Assembly: GCA_937873795.1 (NCBI GenBank)
Contig: CALMWE010000268.1
Span: 32-64,031 of the forward strand
Direction of reading: 5' to 3'
DNA: 64,000 nt
From: an uncultured Bacillales bacterium
GTDB taxonomy: Bacteria; Bacillota_I; Bacilli_A; RFN20; CAG-826
A program made the translations under genes and the position numbers. Below the pieces are notes generated by a model. That model searched no databases. It saw only the letters and a list, made by a program, of their open reading frames with translations, and had not been told where the DNA came from. Positions 1 to 9,624 of this stretch are shown here, piece by piece (position 1 is the stretch's first letter; the number at the start of each line of letters is the position of its first letter).

Positions 1-1
1 T

Positions 2-337
2 CTTTTCCTAAAAGAATACGCTCTCTATCTTGCTTTGGCCGGCGTTGCGATTATTCTGATTGCAGTTTTTTTGATTTACTTTTCGGGGCGTCGCAAAAAG
101 ACCGCCGAGAACTATAATCCATTGATTACGGTTTTAGGAGGAAAAGAAAACATCATCCATGCCGAGGCCCGAGGATCCAGGCTAACGCTTCAAATCAAAG
201 ATGACACGAAAGTTGCTTACGACCAATTCCCCAAAGAACTCGTTTCAAACTATATTAAAATGACCGGTAAGTTAACTCTGGTTGTGGGTGAAAAAGGCAA
301 GCAAATCGCGGATGAAATTAACAAAAAAGCGGATTAG
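2..337 (+). CDS. partial CDS (5' end outside window): TM segment plus PTS EIIB(Glc)-like domain lacking the phospho-Cys
   Basis: The frame is open from nt 2, with no stop upstream of the TTG at 35. LITVLGGKENIIHAEARGSRLTLQIKD has the shape of the EIIB LGGxxNI...C-TRLR signature, but no Cys sits at the active-site position. Confidence 0.5.
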   Translation, partial: LFLKEYALYLALAGVAIILIAVFLIYFSGRRKKTAENYNPLITVLGGKENIIHAEARGSRLTLQIKDDTKVAYDQFPKELVSNYIKMTGKLTLVVGEKGKQIADEINKKAD

Positions 338-885
338 TCCGTTTTTATTTTTAGATGCTTAATAATGTCTTCCGTGGGGAATCCCATGACGTTATCATAA
401 CTTCCCTCAATGTGATCAACAAGCGGGAAATCTTTGTCTTGGATTCCGTAGGCACCGGCTTTGTCCATTGGAGAACCGGAACGTACATAGCGATCAATTA
501 GATCGTCCGATAATTCTTTGAAATAAACCTTTGAGACAACGCTCCGGGAGAGTTCATAGTTTTTGCTAATAATCGTGTACCCAGTGATGACAAGATGGGC
601 TTTTCCGGATAAACGTTTGAGAATTTGTTTGGCATCTTCATGATCAATGGGTTTTCCAATAATCTCGTTATCGACGAGGACGACCGTATCACTTGCGAGA
701 ATAGTATCTTCAGGAAACTTTGAAAAGACGGCATATGCTTTCATTTTCGAAATTTTCACTGGCAATTCCCGTGCGGTTGCTTGAATCGACTTCTCATCGA
801 TGTCGCTGACGACCACACGAAAATCAGGGGTTATCTTCTTTAAAAGCTCTTTTCTTCTAGGGGATCCGCTTGCAAGAATTAACAT
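334..885 (-). CDS. maf: Maf-like nucleotide pyrophosphatase (septum formation protein Maf)
   Basis: 183 aa. LILASGSPRRKELL at the N-terminus and DKAGAYGIQD near the C-terminus are Maf-family hallmarks. Confidence 0.9.
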   Translation of the reverse strand: MLILASGSPRRKELLKKITPDFRVVVSDIDEKSIQATARELPVKISKMKAYAVFSKFPEDTILASDTVVLVDNEIIGKPIDHEDAKQILKRLSGKAHLVITGYTIISKNYELSRSVVSKVYFKELSDDLIDRYVRSGSPMDKAGAYGIQDKDFPLVDHIEGSYDNVMGFPTEDIIKHLKIKTD

Positions 886-886
886 A

Positions 887-2563
887 TTAGGAATTTTTGT
901 TCATGATGACCGGAATGATCATTGGGTTTCTCTGCGTTTTTAAGAAGAGGTATTTACCAACTGTGGAACGGATAGTGTTTTTAATTTCACCGAAGGTCAC
1001 TTTACCCTTCATCAATTCTTCCAAAGCGTCATTGACGCGGCGTTCAGCGTGAGGAATGAGGTGACCGCTGCTGACATAAACGAAACCACGGGTAGAAATT
1101 TTGGGCGTGGTCAAGAGTTTGTTTTGACGGGAATCGATGGCCACCAGGACGCTCACCATGCCATCGTCGGCTAAAACCTTGCGGTCACGGATGACGGCGG
1201 TGCTTAAACCATTGATGTCATTGCCATCAATGTAAATATCGTCCGCTTGAACGCGTGGACCTTGGGAGCAAACACCGCGTCTTAAAACGACGGTATCGCC
1301 ATTGGCACAAATAAAGGTGTGATCGCGCGGTAAACCTAAACTGACCGCGATGTCCGCGTGGAGTCTAAGCATGCGATACTCACCGTGAACAGGCATGAAA
1401 TAGTGAGGGTTAAAAAGTTTTAAAGCAATTCGCAATTCTTGTCTCGCAGGGTGACCGGACGAGTGCAAATTGTAGAAGACTGAATTCGTTAAAACGTTGG
1501 CGCCGGCACGGGTTAATGCGTTGACGACACGGTCAATCGACATTCCGTTTCCGGGAATGGGGGAGGAAGAGAAAACAACGGTATCACCAGGGATAACGTG
1601 AAGTTGTTTGTGTTCGCCGTTTGCGATACGCGCCAAAGCAGCCATCGGCTCACCTTGTGAACCCGTGCAAAGAACGACGGTTTCCTCGGCTTTTAAGGTC
1701 CGGATATCTTCAATGTCTACGAGATTGGCATCCGGAATATGGATGTAACCGAACTCGCGTGAAGTGGATACGGCATTTTCCATGGAACGTCCGATAATGA
1801 CGATCTTTTTCTTGTGATTGACAGCAGCTTCGACGATTTGTTGAATACGGGAAATATTGCTGCTGAAGGTTGAAATGATAAGGCGTCCGGTTGCTTTCGA
1901 GAAAATCTCGTTAATGGAACTGACGACGTTACGTTCGCTAGGTGTATAGCCTTCAATTTCAGCGTTGGTGGAATCACTCAGAAGTAAATCAATGCCTTCG
2001 GTACCTAAACGGGCCATCTTTCCAAGATCGATATCGGGTCCGATCGGAGTCAAGTCAATCTTAAAGTCACCGGTCGTAACGATCCGGCCTTCGGGAGTAT
2101 CGACGCAAACGCCAAAAGCATCCGGAATGGAGTGGGTCACATGGAAAAATTGAACATTAAAATCATCAATCTTGATCATGGAATCAGCATTGTATTCGAT
2201 GATCTTCACTTGTTCTTTAATTCGGCCTTCCTCGAGCTTGTGTTTAATCAACGCCGCCGCGAGTCGCGGGGCATAAATAACCGGGATATGCACGGTTTGA
2301 ATCAAAAAAGGAATTCCACCGATGTGGTCTTCGTGACCGTGGGTAATGATGAGCGCTTTGATCTTAGAACGGTTATTACGAAGATAGGTATAATCGGGTA
2401 TGACATAATCAACCCCGGGGAGATCCTCTTCAGGAAACCGCACACCGGCGTCGATGATAATCAACGTTTTTTCGTTTTCAATGCAGTAGGTATTTTTACC
2501 TACCTCACCGAGTCCGCCAAGCGCAAAAACTTGCACGGGCGAGGACAAAAGAGAATTTGCCAT
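887..2563 (-). CDS. rnj: ribonuclease J
   Basis: 558 aa. Metallo-beta-lactamase motif ITHGHEDHIGG, beta-CASP-like middle region, and N-terminus VFALGGLGEVGKN typical of RNase J. Confidence 0.9.
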   Translation of the reverse strand: MANSLLSSPVQVFALGGLGEVGKNTYCIENEKTLIIIDAGVRFPEEDLPGVDYVIPDYTYLRNNRSKIKALIITHGHEDHIGGIPFLIQTVHIPVIYAPRLAAALIKHKLEEGRIKEQVKIIEYNADSMIKIDDFNVQFFHVTHSIPDAFGVCVDTPEGRIVTTGDFKIDLTPIGPDIDLGKMARLGTEGIDLLLSDSTNAEIEGYTPSERNVVSSINEIFSKATGRLIISTFSSNISRIQQIVEAAVNHKKKIVIIGRSMENAVSTSREFGYIHIPDANLVDIEDIRTLKAEETVVLCTGSQGEPMAALARIANGEHKQLHVIPGDTVVFSSSPIPGNGMSIDRVVNALTRAGANVLTNSVFYNLHSSGHPARQELRIALKLFNPHYFMPVHGEYRMLRLHADIAVSLGLPRDHTFICANGDTVVLRRGVCSQGPRVQADDIYIDGNDINGLSTAVIRDRKVLADDGMVSVLVAIDSRQNKLLTTPKISTRGFVYVSSGHLIPHAERRVNDALEELMKGKVTFGEIKNTIRSTVGKYLFLKTQRNPMIIPVIMNKNS

Positions 2564-2684
2564 AAGAAATCAACTCCTAACATAGTCTATATAACTTATT
2601 AAAATTATATGAAACATTTCAAGGCAACTGTATTATAACGGTTGAAAAGCCGAAAGTAAAGCAAAGTACTACACGTGAAAACGC

Positions 2685-3224
2685 TTAAATGGATATTGCG
2701 TTTTCGTCTTGTTTCATCGGGCTCGTTTTATCAATTCGGTCGTAGAATAAAATGCCATCCAAGTGGTCCATTTCATGTTGCAAGACAATCGCTTCAAAAC
2801 CGCGGGCCACAATCTCGACCGGTGCGTTTTTGATGACATCAAAAGCTTGAATCGTTACTTTATTCGGACGATAGACGTATCCAGGATGTTCGGAGTCTAC
2901 GGAAAGGCAACCTTCACCCGTGGATAAATAAGCCATTTTAACGCTATGAGCGATGATTTTGGGATTGACTAAAGCGTGGACGATCAACTCTTCGTCTTTC
3001 TTAAAATAGACGGCAAGCATGCGCTTATTCAGACCAATTTGAGGAGCCGCCAAACCAACGCCTTCGCGGATGTGATGCTTCTCGACAAATTCGGGATCTT
3101 GGCTGTTTTTGAGATACTCAACCATATTGAGCAATGTCTTTTTATCATGTGCGTTTAAAGGGAGTTCCACGGGAACGCTTTTTTCACGCAACTTTTTTTC
3201 GGTATCTTTAACAATGGTAAACAT
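2685..3224 (-). CDS. def: peptide deformylase
   Basis: 179 aa with the three PDF motifs GVGLAAPQIG, EGCLS and HEMDHLDG. Confidence 0.95.
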   Translation of the reverse strand: MFTIVKDTEKKLREKSVPVELPLNAHDKKTLLNMVEYLKNSQDPEFVEKHHIREGVGLAAPQIGLNKRMLAVYFKKDEELIVHALVNPKIIAHSVKMAYLSTGEGCLSVDSEHPGYVYRPNKVTIQAFDVIKNAPVEIVARGFEAIVLQHEMDHLDGILFYDRIDKTSPMKQDENAISI

Positions 3225-3325
3225 AATTTCCTCAACGAAATATTACCATAAGACCTTCTTTAAATAAAGAAGTACACATTTTAACGACACCTAAAATTTG
3301 TTATGATTATCAAGGGGGTAAGAAC

Positions 3326-3691
3326 ATGACTGAAAAAGACATCACGATGCTTGCGTTTTCTCTAGCGGACAGCATTGAAAAAGACCCCCGCGTCCTGGCT
3401 TTGAAAAAAGCGGAAAAGGCCATGGAAGAAAATGATGAAGTCGGTCGCTTGGCGTTTGCTTTCGATACGGCTCAGACCCGCTATAATGATTTTTTGAAAA
3501 TCTACTCTGAGACATCACCCGAAGTTCAAAAAGCACAAAAAAACTTGTATCTTCATAAGAAAACTTTGGACGAGCATCCTTTTGTTCGCGAATATCTCTC
3601 ATGCTATCAAGAAGTTCGGAAAATGTATGATGAACTTCAAACCGTCATTTTTGCGCCTTTTAACGAACATCAATGCGGAGAAAAGAAATAA
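3326..3691 (+). CDS. YlbF/YmcA (UPF0342)-like helical protein
   Basis: 121 aa, helical. It has the size, the position upstream of rsmD-coaD and the C-terminal Cys typical of the YlbF/YheA family. Assigned by overall resemblance only. Confidence 0.5.
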   Translation: MTEKDITMLAFSLADSIEKDPRVLALKKAEKAMEENDEVGRLAFAFDTAQTRYNDFLKIYSETSPEVQKAQKNLYLHKKTLDEHPFVREYLSCYQEVRKMYDELQTVIFAPFNEHQCGEKK

Positions 3692-4230
3692 TGAGAATCA
3701 TCGGAGGCCTCTATCGGCATCGCAACATCGATTTTCCTTTGAATGCTAAAACCAGACCCACAAAGGATATGGTTCGGCAAGGGATTTTCAACGCGATTGC
3801 CCCGGATATCAACGGCAAAACCGTCTTGGATTTATTCGCCGGAAGCGGAGCGATGGGGATTGAAGCCATTTCCCGAGGAGCAAGTAAAGCAATTTTCATT
3901 GACCACGACTATGAGGCTATTTCTTGCATCAAAAAAAACCTTTCTTCATTGAATATCACGGCGTTTGAAGTTTACCGCATGGAAGCCCAAAAAGCTCTCG
4001 ATTTCTTTGCCTCTAAGCAATATGTCTTCGATGTGGTTTTCTTAGATCCCCCGTATGCTGAAAACCTATTTGTTTTAATCATCGGACGTTTGATTAACGA
4101 GGGTCTGCTGGCTCAAAATGGTATAATTGTTTTAGAAAACCAAAAGCCCATTATTCCGGACTCAATTCCATTCAAGAAAAGCAAGACTTATCATTATGGA
4201 ATAACCGAAGTCACGATCCTGTGGAGGTAA
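3691..4230 (+). CDS. rsmD: 16S rRNA (guanine966-N2)-methyltransferase RsmD
   Basis: MRIIGG start overlaps the upstream TAA (taATG). SAM motif LDLFAGSGAMGIEAISRG and the DPPY motif are present. The track start at 3673 is probably too early. Confidence 0.85.
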   Translation: MRIIGGLYRHRNIDFPLNAKTRPTKDMVRQGIFNAIAPDINGKTVLDLFAGSGAMGIEAISRGASKAIFIDHDYEAISCIKKNLSSLNITAFEVYRMEAQKALDFFASKQYVFDVVFLDPPYAENLFVLIIGRLINEGLLAQNGIIVLENQKPIIPDSIPFKKSKTYHYGITEVTILWR

Positions 4231-4232
4231 TT

Positions 4233-4706
4233 ATGAAAATCGCAGTTTATCCAGGAAGTTTCGATCCCATCACCAACGGTCACCTTGAAATCATTCGCCG
4301 GGCGATGAACCTTTTCGACCAAGTGATTGTCTTGTTGGCGGTTAATCCCGGGAAAAAGTACACCTATTCTGTTGAAGAACGGTTGGAATTGATTCGCGGC
4401 GCTGTAAAAGGAATGCCTCATGTCAGCGTGGACGTGAACTATGGCCTCTCTGTTCAATATGCCAAAGAAAAAGGTGCGATTGCGCTGGTCCGCGGCCTTC
4501 GCGCGGTCAGCGACTTCGAATATGAGTTTACCCTTTCTGCCGGTAACGAATTCATCGACGGTTCGATTGATACGGTATTCTTCATGAGCCGTGCGGAGTC
4601 GACCTTCATCTCTTCTTCCACGGTCAAAGAACTCAGCGAAAACGGTGTGGATGTCTCCAAATTAGTTCCCCCAAATGTCGCCGAATTCTTACACAAACAA
4701 AAATAA
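4233..4706 (+). CDS. coaD: phosphopantetheine adenylyltransferase
   Basis: KIAVYPGSFDPITNGHLEII (T/HxGH nucleotidyltransferase motif). A GGAGG RBS precedes the ATG at 4233. Confidence 0.95.
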   Translation: MKIAVYPGSFDPITNGHLEIIRRAMNLFDQVIVLLAVNPGKKYTYSVEERLELIRGAVKGMPHVSVDVNYGLSVQYAKEKGAIALVRGLRAVSDFEYEFTLSAGNEFIDGSIDTVFFMSRAESTFISSSTVKELSENGVDVSKLVPPNVAEFLHKQK

Positions 4707-4730
4707 AAAAAAGCCCGCTGGGGCTTTTTT
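4705..4730. terminator. bidirectional terminator between convergent coaD and pgeF
   Basis: AAAAAAGCCC-GCTG-GGGCTTTTTT. Confidence 0.7.
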
Positions 4731-5508
4731 ATTTGAACTTGATGACCGACATTTGTCTGCCAGTCAGGTTATTACGCCGATAGGAGAAGAAGAGGTCTTT
4801 GTTTTCGAATGTGCAATAATCAGAAATCGTGATGTTGACGGCTGGGACTCCTTTTGCGCGGAGCTGCAAGAAATTTAACAAGGGAACATCGAGGAACGTT
4901 TGCCCATTGGTTTCTTTCAAGCCGAAGACATAATCTGGGCCCATGGCAATGATCTTCTTTTTAGTTTCTTCATCAATGACATTGTGTGAGAACGTCAACG
5001 AAGGTCCAAGGTGCGCATAGATATCTTTGGGGTCAACGCCCTCAAAATCGATTAAATGTTGGATGGCGATAGCGGTGACTTCTTTAAGAGTTCCCGCTTG
5101 GCCGGCATGGACGATACCGATAATGCCCTCTTTTTTAGCGTATAGGAAGACCGGAACGCAATCGGCGTGGAAAATTCCTAAGGCAATATCCTTTTCTTCC
5201 GTATATAAGGCGTCTGCGGGAATTCCAGTTTCATAAGCGGTTTCTCCGCTGCCATAATGCTTGGATGAAACTTTGGCGATGGTTGTGCCGTGGCTTTGAT
5301 AGGCAGAAATGAGGTGCAGAGGTTTGATTTTATAATCTTTGTAAAGAACCTGACGGTTTTTCAAAACATCGGCGTGATTGTCGCCGACATGATAGGCAAG
5401 ATTGAATGTATCAAAAGGCGGAAGGCTGTTGCCTCCTTGCCGTGTGGTCGTAAATGCTTCAATGTCAGAAAATCGATCCCATTTAATGTATCCCATAATC
5501 GTTATCAT
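4729..5508 (-). CDS. pgeF: YfiH/PgeF family (laccase-domain) protein
   Basis: 259 aa. The HADC, VHAGW-like (VHAGQAG) and C-terminal SYRR motifs are typical of the YfiH/DUF152 family. The start may be the ATG at 5496. Confidence 0.8.
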   Translation of the reverse strand: MITIMGYIKWDRFSDIEAFTTTRQGGNSLPPFDTFNLAYHVGDNHADVLKNRQVLYKDYKIKPLHLISAYQSHGTTIAKVSSKHYGSGETAYETGIPADALYTEEKDIALGIFHADCVPVFLYAKKEGIIGIVHAGQAGTLKEVTAIAIQHLIDFEGVDPKDIYAHLGPSLTFSHNVIDEETKKKIIAMGPDYVFGLKETNGQTFLDVPLLNFLQLRAKGVPAVNITISDYCTFENKDLFFSYRRNNLTGRQMSVIKFK

Positions 5509-5545
5509 CTCCTTATTTATTATAGCAAGAAAAGAAAAATAGGCA

Positions 5546-5579
5546 TAAAAAAACCGCTCATAGAGCGGTTCATTTTTTT
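5546..5579 (-). terminator. rho-independent terminator after the thioredoxin-fold membrane protein gene
   Basis: AACCGCTC-ATA-GAGCGGTT with a T-run on the minus strand. Confidence 0.75.
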
Positions 5580-6357
5580 ACTTAGCGCCGGCAGCCGAGA
5601 ATTCTTCGGTATGCGTCCAGCAGTGAGCCAGTAATTCGGCTTTGTCGTAAGACGTATCGCCGGTAACACCGAACATCACTTCGCTGATTCCGGTGACGCC
5701 ACTGGAATTGCTCGCAGTGTTGTCATAAAGGAAGAGCGTCGGAGTGGTCATATTCGATCCATCTTCCAAGCCTTCAATCGCAGAATCTTCGATGTTGCCC
5801 CAGTACTTGTAGTAGGAGTTGGCAGCGACGTCCGCGGCTTTGACAAGGAATTCATCGTTACGATCGATGAAGGCGTCCCAAGGAGTGGCGTACTTGCCAT
5901 CTTTGTCGTCCCAATCGGCATCGTTCAATTCTTGATCCGTAAAGACCGTATAGAATTTAAAATCACCAAATTCTTCGGTATCGTAGAAACGGCTGGTTTT
6001 TTCTTTGAGAAGTTTAACCGCCGGTTGCATTTCTTCGCATCCAGAGCATCCTTCTTGAACGATCATCAGGAAGAACTTGTCTCCGTAGGTGTCTTCGTCA
6101 TTGACCATGGCGTTGACAATCTTTTGAACTTCGCTGTCTTCATCGTATTTCAGCGACTTATCAAACTTTTTGTAGTAGGTTTCGGCACTGGTCGCGCTAT
6201 CGGCTAATCCTTGAATCCAGCTGGTCACGGACGGGATCGAAAATATGACTCCGAAGATGATGCCTACAATCAATAAGGGCTGAATCCAGGCGGTCTCCTT
6301 GATCCAAGACCAAATTTTCACGAAGATGGCACCGATTCCGGCTAAAACATTTTTCAT
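5578..6357 (-). CDS. membrane-anchored, acidic thioredoxin-fold-like protein (CSGC motif), function unknown
   Basis: One N-terminal TM helix (WIQPLLIVGIIFGVIFSI), then an acidic domain with FFLMIVQEGCSGCEEMQP in a CxxC context. Followed by a terminator at 5546-5579. Confidence 0.45.
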   Translation of the reverse strand: MKNVLAGIGAIFVKIWSWIKETAWIQPLLIVGIIFGVIFSIPSVTSWIQGLADSATSAETYYKKFDKSLKYDEDSEVQKIVNAMVNDEDTYGDKFFLMIVQEGCSGCEEMQPAVKLLKEKTSRFYDTEEFGDFKFYTVFTDQELNDADWDDKDGKYATPWDAFIDRNDEFLVKAADVAANSYYKYWGNIEDSAIEGLEDGSNMTTPTLFLYDNTASNSSGVTGISEVMFGVTGDTSYDKAELLAHCWTHTEEFSAAGAK

Positions 6358-6534
6358 CGAGATATCCTCCTATATATACATATAGCACGATAATATTATC
6401 ATTTAGAAACCGTGATTTCAATACAAAGTTACTTTTTGTCCTTGGTACAAAGTTTAACCTGAAAAACCATACACGCGCAAGCAAAAGATGATTGTATTTA
6501 TACCCATATTTACTTAAAATACGTTCGTAAGAAG

Positions 6535-7551
6535 GTGATCACTTTGTTTAAGACTGAAAAAATTAAAAAGAAATATACCGATTATATGTTCGATCACAAG
6601 GGTGCGCGGTTGGCTTTAGACTATGGCATCGCAACGCTGGTTACCATACTTTCTGCGTTTATTTATGCTTTCGGCTTCAAAGCGTTCTTGGCACCCATGT
6701 TTTTTTCGGATGGGGTCACTCCGGTTATTTCATTTGTTACCGGGGGTGTGAGCGGACTTGCTCAAAACATTATCCTTTTATTCAAAATAATCATCGGTGG
6801 AAACAACTGGAGTCCTGATACGGTGTATACGCTCCAATCCGTCATCTATTTTGTTTTGAATATTCCTATTTTTATTGTGGGTTATAAAGGCGTGGGCAAA
6901 CGCTTCGCCATTTTCTCTTTTCTTAACGTCATTTTCGTCTCGTTATTTGTCAAATTCTTGCCGACAATCGCGATCGATGAAATTCTGACGGATAATCTTG
7001 GAAGAGCACTGTTTGCGGGTATCTGCACCGGGCTTTCCAGTGCGATTGCTTTTAAGTTTGAGACCAGCGCCGGCGGCTTGGATGTTATCAGTTATTATAT
7101 TGCCTACCATAAATCCACATCAGTTGGAAAATATTCCATTGCTTTCAATGCTGTCACTGTTACGATATTCACACTCTTATCCTATATTTTGAATCCAGGC
7201 TCAGGTTGGACCGTCTTAACGATTACCTTATATACGATTGTTTACTTTTTCACTGCCTCGATGGTGGTGGACGCGCTCAATACGAGAAACAAAAAAGCAG
7301 AGTTGCAGATTATTACTTCCAAGCAAACTCTGCCGAAGATCATTTTGGCCAATTTCCCGCACAGTTGTACGGTGGTTCCGGCCAAAGGCGGTTTCTCCAA
7401 TGAAGATCGCATCATTATTTATATTGTTGTGTCCAGTTTTGAAGTCAAGAGACTGGTTAAAGTCGTCCGTGCGGTGGATGCCGAAGCTTTTATCAACGTC
7501 AGCAGCTCGTCGCAAGTCTACGGCAAATTCTTTATCAAACCCGTTAAATAA
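6535..7551 (+). CDS. YitT family membrane protein with C-terminal DUF2179 domain
   Basis: 338 aa. Polytopic N-terminal part and a C-terminal soluble tail (LPKIILANFPHSCTVVPAKGGFS...AFINVSS) typical of YitT. The start may be the TTG at 6544, just after GAAGGTGA. Confidence 0.75.
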   Translation: MITLFKTEKIKKKYTDYMFDHKGARLALDYGIATLVTILSAFIYAFGFKAFLAPMFFSDGVTPVISFVTGGVSGLAQNIILLFKIIIGGNNWSPDTVYTLQSVIYFVLNIPIFIVGYKGVGKRFAIFSFLNVIFVSLFVKFLPTIAIDEILTDNLGRALFAGICTGLSSAIAFKFETSAGGLDVISYYIAYHKSTSVGKYSIAFNAVTVTIFTLLSYILNPGSGWTVLTITLYTIVYFFTASMVVDALNTRNKKAELQIITSKQTLPKIILANFPHSCTVVPAKGGFSNEDRIIIYIVVSSFEVKRLVKVVRAVDAEAFINVSSSSQVYGKFFIKPVK

Positions 7552-7556
7552 AATAT

Positions 7557-8066
7557 TTACTTGTCATCAAAGTGAATCTTGGTTTCATCGTACCGTTCTC
7601 CCGGCACTCTCGTTTCGTTTGGATGCCCGATGGCGATAAGTCCGATAGGAACCATGTTTTCAGATAGTTTGAGTTGTTCGATGATGGGCTTATACCAACG
7701 TTGTTGACGTAACGTTCCTAGCCAACAGCCCCCGAGGCCAAGGCCGTTAGCAGCAATCAAAATATTTTCGATAACCGCACTGCCGTCATCAATCCGTAAA
7801 TCCGAATAGGTTTCAAGCGTTTTATCTGCTACGATTGCTAAACATAAAGGCGCATGAGCCAACATACGGGCGTTAATGTTGTTATGGCTTAAGATATCCA
7901 AAGTTAGTCTGTTTCGGATGACATAAATGTGAATGGGTCGACGATTGCAAGCGGAAGGGGCTGCCAAGCCGGCTTTCAAAAGCAAATCCAAATGCTCGTC
8001 GGAAATAGGTTCATCGGTAAATTTGCGAACGCTTCGTCTGGTAAGAATTGCGGTTAAAGTATCCAT
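7557..8066 (-). CDS. nitroreductase family protein
   Basis: ILTRRSVRKFTDEPI and APSACNRRP are nitroreductase signatures. A GGAGG RBS precedes the ATG at 8066, so the track start at 8105 is too early. Confidence 0.8.
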   Translation of the reverse strand: MDTLTAILTRRSVRKFTDEPISDEHLDLLLKAGLAAPSACNRRPIHIYVIRNRLTLDILSHNNINARMLAHAPLCLAIVADKTLETYSDLRIDDGSAVIENILIAANGLGLGGCWLGTLRQQRWYKPIIEQLKLSENMVPIGLIAIGHPNETRVPGERYDETKIHFDDK

Positions 8067-8104
8067 AAAACCTCCAAGAAAAAAGTTGCCCGAAGGCAAC
8101 TTCA

Positions 8105-8518
8105 TTATAGCGGATATTTGATCATTTGTTTGTGCATGTGAAGAATGATATCTTTTCGCGTCACAATGCCGATAAAGAGTTCCTGATCATCGAGAACGGG
8201 AATAAAGTTTTGATTGATCGATTTGGCAACCAAATCATCAAAATTGGTCGTGATTTTTACTGCAAAGTTATCACGCAGACGCGGAATTCTAGAAACCGGA
8301 GTCTCTTGGGCCTTTTTGAGACTCAATTGTTCATTGTTTTTCAAAAACCAAAGAATGTCACCTTCGGTAAGAGTCCCGATGTACCCGCCTTCATGATTAA
8401 GAATCGGAATAGCGGAGTAACGATGAAATTCCATTTTTTCAAGCGCTTGACGCAAGGAAAAATCATCGAAAATGTAAGCTACTTCACGCTTTGGAGTTAG
8501 TAAAAGAAGGATATTCAT
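8105..8518 (-). CDS. CBS-domain pair protein
   Basis: 137 aa. Two CBS-like repeats (AIPILNHEGGYIGTLTEGDIL and FIPVLDDQELFIGIVTRKDII). Confidence 0.75.
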   Translation of the reverse strand: MNILLLLTPKREVAYIFDDFSLRQALEKMEFHRYSAIPILNHEGGYIGTLTEGDILWFLKNNEQLSLKKAQETPVSRIPRLRDNFAVKITTNFDDLVAKSINQNFIPVLDDQELFIGIVTRKDIILHMHKQMIKYPL

Positions 8519-8585
8519 AGACGATTCCTCCTAAGTAAGTCAATTATAACATCTTTGGAAAAAACACAAGGCGAATGTAAAGCGA

Positions 8586-9158
8586 CTACTTCAGCAACGA
8601 TTTCAAAGGAGAAATATGTCCGCCGATTAAGCTTCCGATTTCATTATTAACAATCATGGCGTTCGCATCTGCCAGTTGAATGTCCTTAATTAAAGCCTCG
8701 CTTCCGCGACGGTTGGTGTAGATCATTAAAATCTTGCGAGCTTCAGCCTTTCCTTGGGCGTCAACAATCGTGACGCCACAGCCTTTAGCACGCAAAGTAG
8801 TGGCGATTTGCGGTCCTTTTTCGCTGGAGGTAATGACTTGAATCAACACTTTGCCGAAAGCAATCTTGGATTCGAGCAAGGAACCCATGAAAATGCCCGT
8901 GGTGAATCCCAAACAGTAGGCAACACCTTTGATGGGAGAATCTGCGACCCCGGTAATAACGCGGCTTGCGACGAAGACCCAGAGGAAGATTTCGACTAAA
9001 GAAAGAATGACCGCGGGTTTCCGGTATCCTTTATTCATAAGGATCGAACGTAATGTACCGATAGACACTTCGATGATTTTTGCAATAAAAATAAACAATA
9101 ATTCAACTGCCGTCGCGTTTCCGATTAAACCGTCCCAGACCTCTTGTAGCCAATTCAT
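8586..9158 (-). CDS. UPF0316/DUF2179-type membrane protein
   Basis: 190 aa. Three N-terminal TM helices plus a C-terminal domain resembling the YitT tail (GVTIVDAQGKAEARKILMIYTNRR). Confidence 0.6.
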   Translation of the reverse strand: MNWLQEVWDGLIGNATAVELLFIFIAKIIEVSIGTLRSILMNKGYRKPAVILSLVEIFLWVFVASRVITGVADSPIKGVAYCLGFTTGIFMGSLLESKIAFGKVLIQVITSSEKGPQIATTLRAKGCGVTIVDAQGKAEARKILMIYTNRRGSEALIKDIQLADANAMIVNNEIGSLIGGHISPLKSLLK

Positions 9159-9294
9159 AACATACCTCTATGCACTCTACTCTAGGAGCGCCCAATCATT
9201 ATATATTACCTAAAGTGATTTTTGAGGGGGCAGCAAGACAAAATTTATACAGTGTCTATTTTTGTATAGATTTTTTAGATTTGGTCGCAATATT

Positions 9295-9325
9295 TCAAAA
9301 AAGAAAACCCGGTAGACCCGGGTTT
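9295..9325 (-). terminator. rho-independent terminator downstream of tRNA-Ser(CGA)
   Basis: AAACCCGG-N5-CCGGGTTT stem, followed by a T-run on the minus strand. Confidence 0.7.
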
Positions 9326-9335
9326 GAAATCATTC

Positions 9336-9426
9336 TGGCGGAGAAAAAGGGATTTGAACCCTTGCAGGACTTGCATCCTCTATCAGTTTTCGAAACTGAC
9401 CCCTTCAGCCGCTTGGGTATTTCTCC
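9336..9426 (-). tRNA. tRNA-Ser (anticodon CGA)
   Basis: The reverse complement folds by eye. Acceptor GGAGAAA/TTTCTCC, anticodon arm TCAGT-TTCGAAA-ACTGA, long variable arm, T-loop GGTTCAAATCC, encoded CCA. Confidence 0.9.
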
Positions 9427-9624
9427 AGCGAGAGTAATTATAGCATAAACTAAGCCGATTTCTAGATGGAAAACGCCCAAAGCGGAAAAAAGCTAAACGA
9501 AAGCTGAAACCGGTAAATGGCGAAACATTTAATCTTCAAAGAAGATTATTTTAGGAATGTCGCCGAGTAAATTTCGTTGTTTAAAACCGACCCAAAGTAT
9601 ATAATACCTATTAGGGTGAAACGC

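Noticed and set aside
498-734. Same-strand alternative-frame ORFs nested in maf, rnj and other genes (for example 498-734 and 1717-1977)
   Set aside because: They are fully contained in genes with clear family signatures in another frame. Their translations are compositionally odd and lack initiation signals.
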